Positions 10,389 through 21,157 of a DNA stretch of 64,000 nucleotides are shown in pieces. The position numbers and the translations under genes were made by a program. The stretch is from Desulfobacterales bacterium (GTDB lineage: Bacteria; Desulfobacterota; Desulfobacteria; Desulfobacterales; JARGFK01). The DNA lies in assembly GCA_029211065.1 (NCBI GenBank), contig JARGFK010000011.1, positions 1 through 64,000 of the forward strand, in the 5' to 3' direction. The notes under the pieces are model-generated. The model was not told the DNA's origin and did not search any database. It saw only the letters and a list, made by a program, of their open reading frames with translations. Each line of letters begins with the position of its first letter. Within the stretch, counting starts at the first letter, position 1.

Positions 10389-11405
10389 ATGGCCATCTTA
10401 AACAATCTCAAGCGGCAATTACGGTCCGTCATCGAGTGGCGTGAACCCAGGCCCGATACGCTTTTTTACCAGTGGAGCGACAACGGCGATGAAATCAAAA
10501 ACGTCTCCAAGCTGATTGTCAATCCTGGCCAGGGCTGTATTTTCGTTTACGAAGGCAAGATCCGTTCGGTCTTGGACAAACCCTGTCTGGTGGAACTTGA
10601 AACAGCCAACATCCCCTTCTGGACCACCATCAAAAAATTCATGCAGTCTTTTGAAAGCGAGCACAAGGTCGGCATCTATTATTTCCGCACCAGCAAGGTG
10701 CTCAATCAGAAATGGGGGACCCTGGCGCCCATCAAATATGAAGACCCGAAATTCGGATTCCCGGTGGCACTGAAGGCTTTCGGCAATTTCAGCTACCGCA
10801 TTGTTGAGCCGCGGGACTTTTTCGTCAACGTGGTGGGCGGACACAATAACTTCACCACCACCGATTTTCGCAGCATCATGAGCGAACGCCTGGTGCATCC
10901 CATCACCGACCACATCGCCGAACTCCGTTTGTCCTTCACGGAGATAGACGCTCAGCGTGAAGAAATCGCCCAGGGCATGGCCGAAAAATTGACCGCTGAC
11001 TTTGCCAAGCTCGGCTTTGAAATCACGGACTTCCGCATCGAAGGAACCAATTTTGACGAGGAGACCGTCAGACGCATCGGTCGGATTGCCGACCTGACCG
11101 CCGAAGCCCAGGCCATCAAAGCGGTGGGGGTTGATTACGCCGAACTGATGAAGCTGGAAGCCCTCAAGGAAGCGGCTAAAAACGAAGGCGGCGGCGCCGG
11201 CATGGGGGTGGGGCTCGGGGCCGGCCTCGGCATGGGACAGGCCATGGCCCAGTCCATGACCCAAAAGACCGCGGCCGCACCAGCATCGGACACCGGCAGC
11301 GATCCGGCGGCAAAACTGACCCAGCTAAAAAAAATGCACGAAGAGGGTCTGATCACCGACGAGGAATATACCGCCAAGAAAAAACAGATCCTTGATGCTT
11401 TTTAG
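10389..11405 (+). CDS. SPFH/Band-7-like domain protein with C-terminal SHOCT domain (YdjI-like)
   Basis: The N-terminal 250 aa resemble the SPFH-like 'virion core protein' family (PF13421-type). A Gly/Ala/Met-rich linker separates this from the C-terminal SHOCT motif 'KLTQLKKMHEEGLITDEEYTAKKKQILDAF'. Confidence 0.65.
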   Translation: MAILNNLKRQLRSVIEWREPRPDTLFYQWSDNGDEIKNVSKLIVNPGQGCIFVYEGKIRSVLDKPCLVELETANIPFWTTIKKFMQSFESEHKVGIYYFRTSKVLNQKWGTLAPIKYEDPKFGFPVALKAFGNFSYRIVEPRDFFVNVVGGHNNFTTTDFRSIMSERLVHPITDHIAELRLSFTEIDAQREEIAQGMAEKLTADFAKLGFEITDFRIEGTNFDEETVRRIGRIADLTAEAQAIKAVGVDYAELMKLEALKEAAKNEGGGAGMGVGLGAGLGMGQAMAQSMTQKTAAAPASDTGSDPAAKLTQLKKMHEEGLITDEEYTAKKKQILDAF

Positions 11406-11416
11406 GGGATGATGCC

Positions 11417-12091
11417 ATGGCCAGCTGTTGCAGTTGTTCAGCCCCGCTTCCTGCCGACACCAGTCGCTGCGGTTATTGCGGTACACGCAATGACATGAAT
11501 TTTGCTGCCATTAATCACTTTGCGGTTTCCCGGGAAGAGTCCGGACGGCAATGCCCCCATTGTCAGATTTTCCTCCAGTCCATCCGCCCGACGCCGGACA
11601 GCGCCTTTGTTCTCGAACGCTGCGAAATCTGCTTCGGGCTGTTTTTCGATCCGGGTGAGGTACAGGCATTTCTCGAGGCTTCGGTGACGAAGGCTTTCGA
11701 AGTCAATTTCAAGGAGATTGTCAACATCAACCGGGAGCGCGCCGACAAAGACCGGCAGGTCCGCTATATCAAATGCCCGGAATGCGGCAAATTCATGAAC
11801 CGGGTCAATTTCGGCTACCGCAGCGGCGTGGTCATGGACCAGTGCAGGCAGCACGGCGTCTGGATGGACAACGGTGAGCTCATCCATCTGATGGAATGGA
11901 AAAACGCCGGCGGACAGTTGCTGGACGAGCGCCAAAAGACTCAGCGCTTAAAAGAAGAACAGCGCAAGGCCCGGACGGCTGCCGCCAAAAAAACCGGCGC
12001 CGGCGCCATCTCCTTTGACAACCGCATTGACGACGCCCCCGGCGACCTGGCCCAGGCAGCCTTTTCCCTCCTGTCAAAATTCTTCGGGTGA
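11417..12091 (+). CDS. Zinc-ribbon protein with two TFIIB-type zinc-ribbon modules (YdjG-like)
   Basis: Two repeats of CPxC…CxxCxGxWxD are present ('CPHCQIF…CEICFGLFFDPGE' and 'CPECGKFM…CRQHGVWMDNGEL'). It starts 12 nt downstream of the SPFH gene and belongs to the same operon. Confidence 0.6.
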   Translation: MASCCSCSAPLPADTSRCGYCGTRNDMNFAAINHFAVSREESGRQCPHCQIFLQSIRPTPDSAFVLERCEICFGLFFDPGEVQAFLEASVTKAFEVNFKEIVNINRERADKDRQVRYIKCPECGKFMNRVNFGYRSGVVMDQCRQHGVWMDNGELIHLMEWKNAGGQLLDERQKTQRLKEEQRKARTAAAKKTGAGAISFDNRIDDAPGDLAQAAFSLLSKFFG

Positions 12092-12197
12092 TCCGACCCG
12101 AAAAACAGGCTCATCTGCTTCTATCATGCGACCGGGTATTATATGATTCACTATTTTAAGGCCTGAAACCTTGAACCTGAAACCTTGAACCATTTAT

Positions 12198-12512
12198 ATG
12201 TTTATCATCGCCGGCATCTCACCCAGAATAAAAACGCTTGACGGCACGCCCCGCATTTGTCCGTCCTGCGGACTGGCCCAGGCTTATCTCAAGAGGTCCG
12301 ACAGCTATTTCAGCCTTTTTTTTATTCCACTTTTTCGCGTCAAAAAAGGGGAGTCGTTTATCCGTTGTGAACGTTGTGAAACCGTCGTGTCGGATAAGGC
12401 CGCCCCCTTTCGCACTTGGAAGGCCCAACGCACAAATCAATGCAAAAGCTGCGGAAAAACGATGGATAAAGGATTTGTCTACTGCCCCTACTGTGGGAAA
12501 CCAGTTGCTTAA
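12198..12512 (+). CDS. Small zinc-ribbon domain protein
   Basis: Four CxxC pairs are present (CPSC, CERC, CKSC, CPYC) in 104 aa. Confidence 0.5.
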   Translation: MFIIAGISPRIKTLDGTPRICPSCGLAQAYLKRSDSYFSLFFIPLFRVKKGESFIRCERCETVVSDKAAPFRTWKAQRTNQCKSCGKTMDKGFVYCPYCGKPVA

Positions 12513-12556
12513 GAAACAGGACACCGTATCTAAAACGGTAAATACCAGGGCCACGA

Positions 12557-13084
12557 ATGCTTAAAAACATCCACTCCCGGCAAGCTATTGAACCTGATAC
12601 GGAACGCCATGTCGTCCTCGTCACCCCGGAAGTCCACTGGAATACCGGCAATGTCGGTCGGACCTGTCTGGGCGCCGGTGCGTTTCTGCACCTGGTAAAA
12701 CCCCTGGGATTTTCCCTGGACAGCCGTGAAGTCAAGAGGGCCGGGCTGGATTACTGGTCAAAGGTAAAACTCTCGGTCTGGGATAATTTTGATGATTTTT
12801 TAGAAAAGATGTCGCCCCAAGAAGAGGAAATGGCCTTATTTACCAAAAACGGAACCCGGCTTTTCTGGTCGCTCTCTGCATCAAAACGATTGTTTCTTGT
12901 GTTTGGCCCGGAATCCAAAGGATTGTCCAGTAACATGCTTTCGCGCTACCCCCATTCAAGCTATCGCATTCCCGTCTCCCCGGAGATCAGGTCATTGAAT
13001 CTGTCAACGGCGGTTGGGATTGCACTTTATGAAAGTTTGAGGTTTAATTCCGTATCTATTAACGAAGGAAACGGTTTTCGCTAA
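12557..13084 (+). CDS. trmL: tRNA (cytidine/uridine-2'-O-)-methyltransferase TrmL (SpoU class)
   Basis: Motifs 'HVVLVTPEVHWNTGNVGRTC', 'GFSLDSREVKRAGLDYW' and 'LVFGPESKGL' match TrmL. Size (175 aa) is typical. Confidence 0.75.
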   Translation: MLKNIHSRQAIEPDTERHVVLVTPEVHWNTGNVGRTCLGAGAFLHLVKPLGFSLDSREVKRAGLDYWSKVKLSVWDNFDDFLEKMSPQEEEMALFTKNGTRLFWSLSASKRLFLVFGPESKGLSSNMLSRYPHSSYRIPVSPEIRSLNLSTAVGIALYESLRFNSVSINEGNGFR

Positions 13085-13149
13085 AAACAATTCGACCGAA
13101 CATGCTTATCATTGCCAACCCGAAATAGACGGCAGAGAGGGCGGAATAA

Positions 13150-14094
13150 ATGAAATCGGCTGTTGAAATCCATTCGGCAAACCAGCCACCCCCAAGAAGC
13201 TTAAATGGATCTTTGCGGGTAGTGGCCGGCATTGGCCGGCTTCACATCACGGCCATCGCGGCCATGGGCGTTTTTACCTTTGGCTGGCTGTTTACCGGAA
13301 GCTACCCCTGGTTCCTGACGGTTGTCTGTGCACTGGACTGGTTTATTGTCAACCTGACGAACCGCGTGGTGGACATCGCAGAAGACAGCGTCAACGACAT
13401 CCGCCATACGGACTGCGTTTATCATCACCGCAAGCGCTTGCTGACTTTGAGCATGACGCTGATGGTCGGTTCGCTGGCGGTTGTACATATGATCAATCCG
13501 GCGATCACCCCGCTGAGGATTGCCGGCCACCTGTTGGGCGTCTTTTACAACTGGCCGCTGTTGCCGGGGACGCGCCGCTTGAAAGAGATCTACTTCTGGA
13601 AAAACACCGCCTCGGGCGCCGGTTTCTTAATTACGGTTTTCGGGTATCCCCTGGCGACCGCCTTCTGGATAAATGAGAAGCATTCCTTTCCGCCGGGAAT
13701 CACCTGGACAACGGTCTTCCTGACCGCGGTATTCTTTTCCCTTTTTATTCAGAGCTACGAAATTCTTTATGATCTCCGAGATATAAAAGGAGATGCCCTC
13801 CGCGGCATCCGAACCTATCCGGTCGTCCATGGCGAACGGATCGCCGTCCTTATGATCGACACCCTGATTGTTGCGTCCGCCGTTGTTTTAACACTGGGCT
13901 ATGTGCGGGGTGTTGTCCCCTGGCGCATTTTCATCATGATCGCCGCGCCCCTTCTCCAGATTGTCGTTTACAAATACGCCTTGCACCGGCAGGAGCTGAT
14001 GGCAGGCTGTATCCGTCTTACATGGATGGGGGCAGCGCTTTTCTGTATTTATCATCTGTGGGTGCTGGCGGACCTGCCGGGAGCTGATTTTTAA
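13150..14094 (+). CDS. UbiA-family aromatic/polyprenyl prenyltransferase (membrane)
   Basis: The Asp-rich motifs 'NRVVDIAEDSVND' and 'YDLRDIKGD' are present, along with 8-9 predicted transmembrane segments. Confidence 0.75.
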   Translation: MKSAVEIHSANQPPPRSLNGSLRVVAGIGRLHITAIAAMGVFTFGWLFTGSYPWFLTVVCALDWFIVNLTNRVVDIAEDSVNDIRHTDCVYHHRKRLLTLSMTLMVGSLAVVHMINPAITPLRIAGHLLGVFYNWPLLPGTRRLKEIYFWKNTASGAGFLITVFGYPLATAFWINEKHSFPPGITWTTVFLTAVFFSLFIQSYEILYDLRDIKGDALRGIRTYPVVHGERIAVLMIDTLIVASAVVLTLGYVRGVVPWRIFIMIAAPLLQIVVYKYALHRQELMAGCIRLTWMGAALFCIYHLWVLADLPGADF

Positions 14095-14924
14095 TGATGC
14101 TTCTGGAGCTGGCAGGAATCTTTTTCAGTATCTTTATTGTTTTTGGTTTTGCGGCCAAAGACCCTCGCCCCGTCCGCTTTTTGGCAAGGGCGGTCATTGT
14201 TTCCGCCTCAGCCTGGATGGCTGAAGAAAGCTGTATTCTGCTGTACCGTTTTTATGCTTATCACCCCAACTGGAATTTATGTTTAGATCAGGTCCCCCTG
14301 CTGATTGTTGTCACCTGGCCGATCATCATCTTCTCAGCCATGGAGTTGACGTCCCGCATTCGGATCGCGCACCCCGTAAAGGGCCTGTTTGCGGGCGCTG
14401 CCGTGGTTGCCAGCGATAGCTTATTTATCGAACCGATTTCCGTCAAGGCCGGACTTTGGCAATGGACGCTGCCGGGATTATTCAACGTGCCGCCCATCGG
14501 CATTCTGGGCTGGTTCTTTTTTGCGCTCCTGAGTATAGGCGTCTTGAACACCAAGCGCTTGAAGGGGCCCCGGACCATCCATGACACCCTGCTGCTTGTC
14601 ATACCCGTATTGGGCACTCATTTTTTGCTGCTGCTCTCTTGGTGGGGGGCCTTTCGATGGATAAATTTTCAGTTGCCGATCCCGGCAATCGTCGGGGTCG
14701 GCTGGTGTGTTTCTTTTGTTATGATTGCCACCATTCTTAAAAAACAAACCGGCAGAGGAATAAGAAAAAGAACCCTGCTGCTGCGCATCCCGGCGGCCCT
14801 TTTCTTCTTTGGCTTGTTGGTGGTGAAAGCGACTGCCCCCCTCCCCCTGGCAGCTTATGCGATCGCTTTTGTGCCCCCTTATGTATTGCTCATGCTCCAA
14901 CAGTATCGGCGCCATGCCACTTGA
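14094..14924 (+). CDS. Polytopic membrane protein, possibly a DUF422 / carotenoid-biosynthesis-like family member, co-transcribed with the UbiA gene
   Basis: The protein is hydrophobic, 276 aa. Its start overlaps the UbiA stop (ATGA at 14091-14094). Confidence 0.45.
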   Translation: MMLLELAGIFFSIFIVFGFAAKDPRPVRFLARAVIVSASAWMAEESCILLYRFYAYHPNWNLCLDQVPLLIVVTWPIIIFSAMELTSRIRIAHPVKGLFAGAAVVASDSLFIEPISVKAGLWQWTLPGLFNVPPIGILGWFFFALLSIGVLNTKRLKGPRTIHDTLLLVIPVLGTHFLLLLSWWGAFRWINFQLPIPAIVGVGWCVSFVMIATILKKQTGRGIRKRTLLLRIPAALFFFGLLVVKATAPLPLAAYAIAFVPPYVLLMLQQYRRHAT

Positions 14925-15005
14925 CTATCAAAACCTTTTTCACTATATCCGGACAAAGACGGCACAACTCCCTTAAGCGAAAAAAATGAAGGGCCACCCG
15001 AAGCC

Positions 15006-16784
15006 ATGAAAACCTCATCATCTTTGTTTAATAAAAGCGTCCCAGAATCCCGGCAACTGATAGATGTTGCCCTGGGCCGCGAGGCTGCCGACCTAGCCGT
15101 CGTCAATGCAAGTTTGCTGAACGTTTACACTGGAGAAGTTCTGAAAAACTACGCAGTCTGCGCCAAGGGAAGATGGATCGCCTATATGGGCGACAACCCC
15201 GGCAGCATCATTACTGCCGGCACTCATGTTATCGATGCCCAGGGCTGCCCGCTGATTCCCGGCCTTATCGACGGCCATGCCCACCTTGCCTGGATGTATA
15301 CGGCCGCTGAATTTTTAAAACATGTCATCCCGGGGGGGACCACCACCATCGTTACTGAAACCATGGAAACGTTTCCCGTCGCCGGCCATGACGGTGTCAT
15401 CGATTTTTTAAATTCCTGCAAAGAGCAGCCCGTTAAAATCTTTGCCACGGCGCCGGTAATGGTTTCCATCAGCCAACAGGCCCGGGGCATTTCCACGGAC
15501 GCCTTACGTTCGCTTCTTGAAAGAGACGATATCCTAGGGCTGGGAGAATCTTACTGGCAGGCCGTACTCCAGGACCCGGACAGCATTCTGCCCATTTTTA
15601 GACAGGCGCAGCTTTTCAATAAAACCCTGGAGGGACACACCGCCGGAGCAACCGCCGGCAAATTGGTGGCCTCTGTTGCCGCCGGTATCTCCTCCTGTCA
15701 TGAGCCCATCACCGCGGACGAAGTTTTAGACCGGCTGCGCCTGGGACTGAACGTCATGATCAGAGAGGGCAGCATTCGCAGAGACCTCCAATCCATTTCC
15801 CGGATAAAAGACAGCGGCATTAGCTTCAGGCGGCTTTCCTTCGTAACCGACGGGATTGAACCGAAAGATCTCCTTGAAAAAGGATACATGGAATTTGTCG
15901 TACAAAAGGCCATTGACTGCGGCTTTGACCCGGTTGCCGCCATCCGCATGGCCACACTAAACGTGGCGGAACATTTTTCAATAGACAGTCTTGTGGGCGG
16001 GATCGCCCCGGGCCGGTTTGCAGACATGCTTATCCTTCCCGACCTCAAGACCATTAAGCCCCGATATGTCATCAGCAACGGCCGGCTGGTCGCCCGGGAC
16101 GGCCGTCTTCTGGTTACTCCCAGGATTCATCAGTTCAGCCAAAAGAGCCGGAAGAGCGTCGCCCTTCCCAGGGAACTGAAACCGTCGGATTTTTCCGTTC
16201 CGGCAAAAAGCGGTGAAACAAAAGCCGGCGTCAGAATGATTGAACTGATCACCGACCTGGTGACCCGAGAAAAACATGAAACGCTTGCCGCAGCCGGCGG
16301 CGAAATTCAGGCGGATCTTGATAGAGATATCATCAAAGTGGCTGCCATCGACCGGACCCATGTGCCCGGCAAAATGTTTACCGGCTTTATCAGGGGCTTT
16401 AACCTCAAATCCGGCGCCATTGCATCCAGCGGGGCCTGGGACACATCGGACATAGTGGTCGTGGGCACAAATAGTGCGGACATGGCAACGGCGGTAAACC
16501 GGATTATGGCCTTGCAGGGCGGCGCCGTTGTCTGCAGCCGCGGCGACATCCTGGCTGAAATTCCGCTGCCGATAATGGGTATCATTTCCGAGCTTCCCAT
16601 GAGAGACCTGGCGGCGAAACTTGAAGGCTTGAACGCGGCAATTTCACAGTTGGGCGTTTCTTTAAAAAACCCCTTGTTGACGCTGATCACCCTTACCGGC
16701 GCCGCTATTCCCTATTTAAGGATCTGTGAAGAAGGCCTGGTGAATCTGAAAGACGGCCGGCCCCTTGGATTATTCATAGATTAA
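15006..16784 (+). CDS. ade: Adenine deaminase
   Basis: The amidohydrolase motif 'PGLIDGHAHL' is present. Size is about 590 aa, with a C-terminal adenine-deaminase-type domain. Confidence 0.8.
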   Translation: MKTSSSLFNKSVPESRQLIDVALGREAADLAVVNASLLNVYTGEVLKNYAVCAKGRWIAYMGDNPGSIITAGTHVIDAQGCPLIPGLIDGHAHLAWMYTAAEFLKHVIPGGTTTIVTETMETFPVAGHDGVIDFLNSCKEQPVKIFATAPVMVSISQQARGISTDALRSLLERDDILGLGESYWQAVLQDPDSILPIFRQAQLFNKTLEGHTAGATAGKLVASVAAGISSCHEPITADEVLDRLRLGLNVMIREGSIRRDLQSISRIKDSGISFRRLSFVTDGIEPKDLLEKGYMEFVVQKAIDCGFDPVAAIRMATLNVAEHFSIDSLVGGIAPGRFADMLILPDLKTIKPRYVISNGRLVARDGRLLVTPRIHQFSQKSRKSVALPRELKPSDFSVPAKSGETKAGVRMIELITDLVTREKHETLAAAGGEIQADLDRDIIKVAAIDRTHVPGKMFTGFIRGFNLKSGAIASSGAWDTSDIVVVGTNSADMATAVNRIMALQGGAVVCSRGDILAEIPLPIMGIISELPMRDLAAKLEGLNAAISQLGVSLKNPLLTLITLTGAAIPYLRICEEGLVNLKDGRPLGLFID

Positions 16785-16835
16785 TATTAAATACTTGAAG
16801 ATTGCATACAAGACTAAGATGAATAAGAATTAAAA

Positions 16836-17624
16836 ATGAAAATACTCAACTCAAAGTTGGATCTTCAGTTGTTTTACCATCAAGCAAGCGAAGCACGCCA
16901 AAAAGCGATATTATTAGATTATGATGGAACACTTGCGCCATTTCACGTCAATCCCGAAAAAGCCTTCCCTTACCCCGGTGTGCGTGAGATGCTGAAGAAA
17001 GTCATGCAAGCACCTGATGTTCGGACGGTTTTTATCAGCGGCAGGTGTATCAGGGATTTGGAAGCCCTTTTAGAGTTCGATGTCAAACCGGAGTTAAGGG
17101 GCTCTCATGGGTTGGAAAGATTGAAGTCGGACGGTTCCTATGAGGTTGCCTCAATGGATGAAATGGCCGTGCAAGGTCTGGTCATGGCCGATGAGTGGAT
17201 CGAAACAACCGACTATCTAAATCGATGTGAAAAAAAACCGGGGTGTCTTGCCGTCCGTTGGCGAGGATTGAATGAACGAAAGATCAGCGAAATGAAAAGT
17301 CAGGTCATGGAAACATTCTCAAGAATCGCCGAAGATTGGAAATTGAGTTTAGAAGAATTTGATGGCGGCCTCGAACTCCGGGCGCCTGTTCGAAACAAGG
17401 GAGATGCCGTAAAAACAGTTCTTTACGAAATGGGGCCGGATGTTGTTGCTGCTTATTTGGGTGACGATGTGACGGATGAGGATGCATTCAAAGCCATTAA
17501 AGGAAGAGGATTGGCAGTTCTGGTTCGAAACGCATTACGGCCGACAGCAGCCGATATCTGGATCAAACCCCCCGAAGAGCTTTTAAACTTTCTTTCCAAC
17601 TGGCTACCTCGGGGAGGGAAGTAA
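16836..17624 (+). CDS. otsB: Trehalose-6-phosphate phosphatase (HAD-IIB)
   Basis: HAD motifs 'LLDYDGTLAP' and 'LGDDVTDEDAF' are present. Length is 262 aa. Confidence 0.8.
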   Translation: MKILNSKLDLQLFYHQASEARQKAILLDYDGTLAPFHVNPEKAFPYPGVREMLKKVMQAPDVRTVFISGRCIRDLEALLEFDVKPELRGSHGLERLKSDGSYEVASMDEMAVQGLVMADEWIETTDYLNRCEKKPGCLAVRWRGLNERKISEMKSQVMETFSRIAEDWKLSLEEFDGGLELRAPVRNKGDAVKTVLYEMGPDVVAAYLGDDVTDEDAFKAIKGRGLAVLVRNALRPTAADIWIKPPEELLNFLSNWLPRGGK

Positions 17625-17682
17625 GGGCTTTCAGCTTAAGAGCCGACCCGATAGCGCCGCTGCCATCGGGAATTCAGAATCA

Positions 17683-18774
17683 ATGCAAAGATTCACCATA
17701 AAAGAGGCCGGTATGTTTGACTTTATAAAAAACTACGAGACCTGGATGAGGGCGGGAATTGTTTTATTCGCGGCCGTTATCGTTGCCCTGGTGGCATCCT
17801 ATTTACTTATCAAGGGTTTTGAACGTCTATCAGCTCGCAGCGGAACAACACTGGATAATATCTTCTTCAGGCATTGCCGGGGGCCTTTTCGGTGGCTTAT
17901 CCTCGTCATCTCATTGAATTTTTTCATGCCGCTGGGTCAACTGACGGCCTCTGCGCATGCTTTTGTCAGTCAAGTCCTATACATTTTGTTGATTCTATCT
18001 TTCGCCTGGTTGGTTGTGAAGGTAACGGGTGTGATGGAAGAATTTATGCTCTCAAGATATCGAATGGATGTGTCCGACAATCTGAGGGCCAGGGCAATAC
18101 AAACCCAGATCCGAATCATAAAAAGAATCATCCTGGTAGTCGTGGGTATATTGACATTCGCCGTAATTCTCATGACATTCAGCAAGATCCGCCAGATAGG
18201 AACCAGCATCCTGGCCTCAGCAGGCATTGTGGGGATTATCGTAGGCTTTGCCGCGCAGCGGTCCATCAGCACATTGCTTGCGGGTATTCAGATTGCCTTT
18301 ACCCAGCCCATCCGAATCGATGATGTGGTCATTGTTGAAAATGAATGGGGCCGGATTGAAGAGATTACGCTGACCTATGTGGTGGTTCGAATTTGGGACC
18401 TCCGTCGATTGATTGTGCCCATCACGTACTTTATGGAAAAACCGTTTCAGAATTGGACTCGCACATCGGCCGATATTTTGGGACCCGTCTTTCTTTATGT
18501 TGATTACACCGTTCCGGTTCAAGCTGTCAGGGAAGAATTATATCGGATTTTAAAAGACTCACCCCTCTGGGATGGAAAAGTATGGGGCCTTCAGACCACA
18601 AACGCTTCGGAAAGAACCGTGGAATTACGGGCGCTCATGAGTGCGGCGGATGCGTCCAATGCCTGGAATCTGCGATGTGAAGTCAGGGAAAAACTTATTG
18701 AATTCATTCAGAAACAATATCCCCATGGTTTGCCCAGGGTTCGGGCCGAAGTTGAAAATCGCAAAGTCGTTTAA
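17683..18774 (+). CDS. Mechanosensitive ion channel, MscS family
   Basis: N-terminal transmembrane helices are followed by the MscS beta-domain ('IRIDDVVIVENEWGRIEEITLTYVVVRIWD'). Confidence 0.8.
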   Translation: MQRFTIKEAGMFDFIKNYETWMRAGIVLFAAVIVALVASYLLIKGFERLSARSGTTLDNIFFRHCRGPFRWLILVISLNFFMPLGQLTASAHAFVSQVLYILLILSFAWLVVKVTGVMEEFMLSRYRMDVSDNLRARAIQTQIRIIKRIILVVVGILTFAVILMTFSKIRQIGTSILASAGIVGIIVGFAAQRSISTLLAGIQIAFTQPIRIDDVVIVENEWGRIEEITLTYVVVRIWDLRRLIVPITYFMEKPFQNWTRTSADILGPVFLYVDYTVPVQAVREELYRILKDSPLWDGKVWGLQTTNASERTVELRALMSAADASNAWNLRCEVREKLIEFIQKQYPHGLPRVRAEVENRKVV

Positions 18775-18793
18775 AACAGATAAAAAAACCACA

Positions 18794-20992
18794 TTATTCA
18801 TTTTCGCCCCTTCTCCACCTTAATAGCTTTTCAATGAAAGACCTCAGCGCCCTCGGATTCGGCAGTTGATAAGAAGCATCCGTGTTTCCGCTTCCCACCT
18901 TTACGCTGACAATTCGATCATCGGTCATCCGAAACATATTTTCATCCGTTTCGTCGTCGCCGGCGCACAAAACCGCATCAAAGTTATTTTGTGAGATAAA
19001 ATATTCCATTACGATCCCTTTGTTTACCTTAGTCGAATTAACTTCCACGATTTTTTTACCGTGATGGATTTCAACCGGCAGATTAGATAGCATTTCGTAA
19101 AGTTCGCTCACCAGTTGATTGGCCTTTATGGTGCTCAGTTCCGGGTCTGTTCTGCGATAATGCCACACCACCGATGATGTCTTTTCCTCAACAAAACTTC
19201 CGGGTATGGTTTCGGCATAGAGTCTGAAAATATCCTTAATCTGGTTTTTCCACGATAAATCGGCGTTGGGATTGAACGTGATCCATTCAGATGAATTACT
19301 TGTCCTGTAATAGTAGCCGTGTTCGGCGATAAGATTTAAATGATACTTGGAAAACCACCGGTCCATGTCTTCTTTTTTCCGGCCGCTGATCAGATAAGTT
19401 TCAACGGTGGCAACTTCACTGATTTTACGGAGAAGCCCATCGAGTTCTTCATCTGGAACGGCGTCCGATGGCTTTGGTTTCAACTCGGACAATGTTCCGT
19501 CATAATCCAGAAAAATGGCGACCCTCTTTTGGGGGACGATCTTTTTCCGCACAGTAGACTCCAGGTCTTCGGCCACCGCCGAGGCCGCCTTATGGGGCAA
19601 CGTTTCCGACGAAAGATCCCGGATGAAAGATTTTGCCCAAAGACGGGCGTTGTGCCGGGTTACCCGCTGTTTCATCAATTCCAATCGCACCCTTCGTTCT
19701 TCTTCCGGCAGATTGAATGCCTCCCGCAGGCTCTGAACCATGTCGCCAATATTATAAGGGTTGACGATGGATGCATGCGAAAGCTCCTGGGCGGCGCCTG
19801 CAAATTCACTCAGGATCAGCACCCCGTGTTTATCCTCCTGCTGGCAAAACAGATATTCCTTGGCCACCAGATTCATGCCGTCGATAAGTGGCGTGACCAG
19901 TGCCACATCGGCGATGGCATACAGGGCGCAAAGCTCACTAAAATCGATGGAACGATAGATGAAATGAACGGGAACGTTTTTGGTGGTCGAATATCTTCCA
20001 TTAATTTTGGAGACTTTCTGCTCCACCTGCCGGCGCAGGTCGCGGTATTCCCGCACGCTTTCCCGGGAGGGGACGTTGATGAAAATAAAAACAATATCAT
20101 CCCGCATCCCGTCGGCCTGTAAATAACGTTCGATGGCGTCCAGCCTGCGGGGAATTCCCTTTGTATAATCCATACGCTCTACGCTCAGAACAATCTTCTT
20201 CCCCGAATGGGCCTTTCTCAGATCGTTCAGGCTTTTGCGATAGGCGTCAGAGCTTAATTCGCGAGAAAACTTATCGGTATTGATGCCGATGGGATAAACC
20301 CCGATGATCGTATCATGGAAAGTTCCGGGGACTCTGTACATTTCCGATTCAATCCCCAGGATGCGAAGCACCGAACTGCGAAAATGCCGCAAATATCCGA
20401 AGGTGTGAAACCCGATCAAATCCGCACCCAGCATCCCCTCGGTCACTTCCGTTCGATTCGGGTGGCAACGGAATACCTCATAGGATGGAAACGGGGTGTG
20501 CAAAAAAAATCCGATCTTCAGAGAGGGCCTGCGCTTCCTGAGAATCGCCGGCAACAGCATGAGATGATAATCGTGAATCCACACGTTATCGCCCTCGCGG
20601 GCGATATCTAACACGGCGTCGGCAAAGATATGGTTAACCCGCCGATACTGCTCAAACCACCTTTCTTCATACCTGGCGTGGGTGGTCATATAATGCAGCA
20701 ACGGCCACATGCTGGAGTTGGAAAATCCGGTGTAATAATCGGTCACTTCCTTTTTGGTCAGAAATACCGGGTAGTAGTTGAAACGCGCTTTCAACTCAGC
20801 GGCGATCTGTTTTTTATTTGCCGAGTTGCCTGTGACGTCTCCGGCCCAGCCTACCCATTTAAAATCATAGATCTGTTTGAGCCCGTCCATTGCGCCGACC
20901 AGCCCACCCGACGACTTTGTTAGGGTTTCACCGACGGTCACCGGCAATCGATTCGAGACATTGATAACGGTCTGCATAACTGGCACCTCCAC
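18794..20992 (-). CDS. otsA: Bifunctional trehalose-6-phosphate synthase / trehalose-6-phosphate phosphatase (OtsA-OtsB fusion, GT20 plus HAD)
   Basis: GT20 motifs are present ('VSNRLPV', '[12 protein letters not shown]', '[13 protein letters not shown]'), with a C-terminal TPP domain ('[12 protein letters not shown]', '[10 protein letters not shown]'). A possible alternative start lies at Met-6. Confidence 0.85.
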   Translation of the reverse strand: MEVPVMQTVINVSNRLPVTVGETLTKSSGGLVGAMDGLKQIYDFKWVGWAGDVTGNSANKKQIAAELKARFNYYPVFLTKKEVTDYYTGFSNSSMWPLLHYMTTHARYEERWFEQYRRVNHIFADAVLDIAREGDNVWIHDYHLMLLPAILRKRRPSLKIGFFLHTPFPSYEVFRCHPNRTEVTEGMLGADLIGFHTFGYLRHFRSSVLRILGIESEMYRVPGTFHDTIIGVYPIGINTDKFSRELSSDAYRKSLNDLRKAHSGKKIVLSVERMDYTKGIPRRLDAIERYLQADGMRDDIVFIFINVPSRESVREYRDLRRQVEQKVSKINGRYSTTKNVPVHFIYRSIDFSELCALYAIADVALVTPLIDGMNLVAKEYLFCQQEDKHGVLILSEFAGAAQELSHASIVNPYNIGDMVQSLREAFNLPEEERRVRLELMKQRVTRHNARLWAKSFIRDLSSETLPHKAASAVAEDLESTVRKKIVPQKRVAIFLDYDGTLSELKPKPSDAVPDEELDGLLRKISEVATVETYLISGRKKEDMDRWFSKYHLNLIAEHGYYYRTSNSSEWITFNPNADLSWKNQIKDIFRLYAETIPGSFVEEKTSSVVWHYRRTDPELSTIKANQLVSELYEMLSNLPVEIHHGKKIVEVNSTKVNKGIVMEYFISQNNFDAVLCAGDDETDENMFRMTDDRIVSVKVGSGNTDASYQLPNPRALRSFIEKLLRWRRGENE

Positions 20993-21157
20993 AACTCATT
21001 CAACCTTCATTATTGATATGCATACACCAGACAGCCTGTTAATTCAACCCAGAGAGCCCGCCCCGAATTTTCCAGGATAAATGTCGCAGACTTTTCATCA
21101 GACGGCATTTGTGTTATGAGTATAGAGTAAAAGCATGAAAAAAAGGATGAATATGAC

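Noticed and set aside
10419-11264. 281-aa ORF antisense to the SPFH gene
   Set aside because: It lies entirely inside a well-supported sense gene, has a Gly/Ala/His-rich low-complexity translation and no RBS. It is a shadow ORF from GC-rich DNA.
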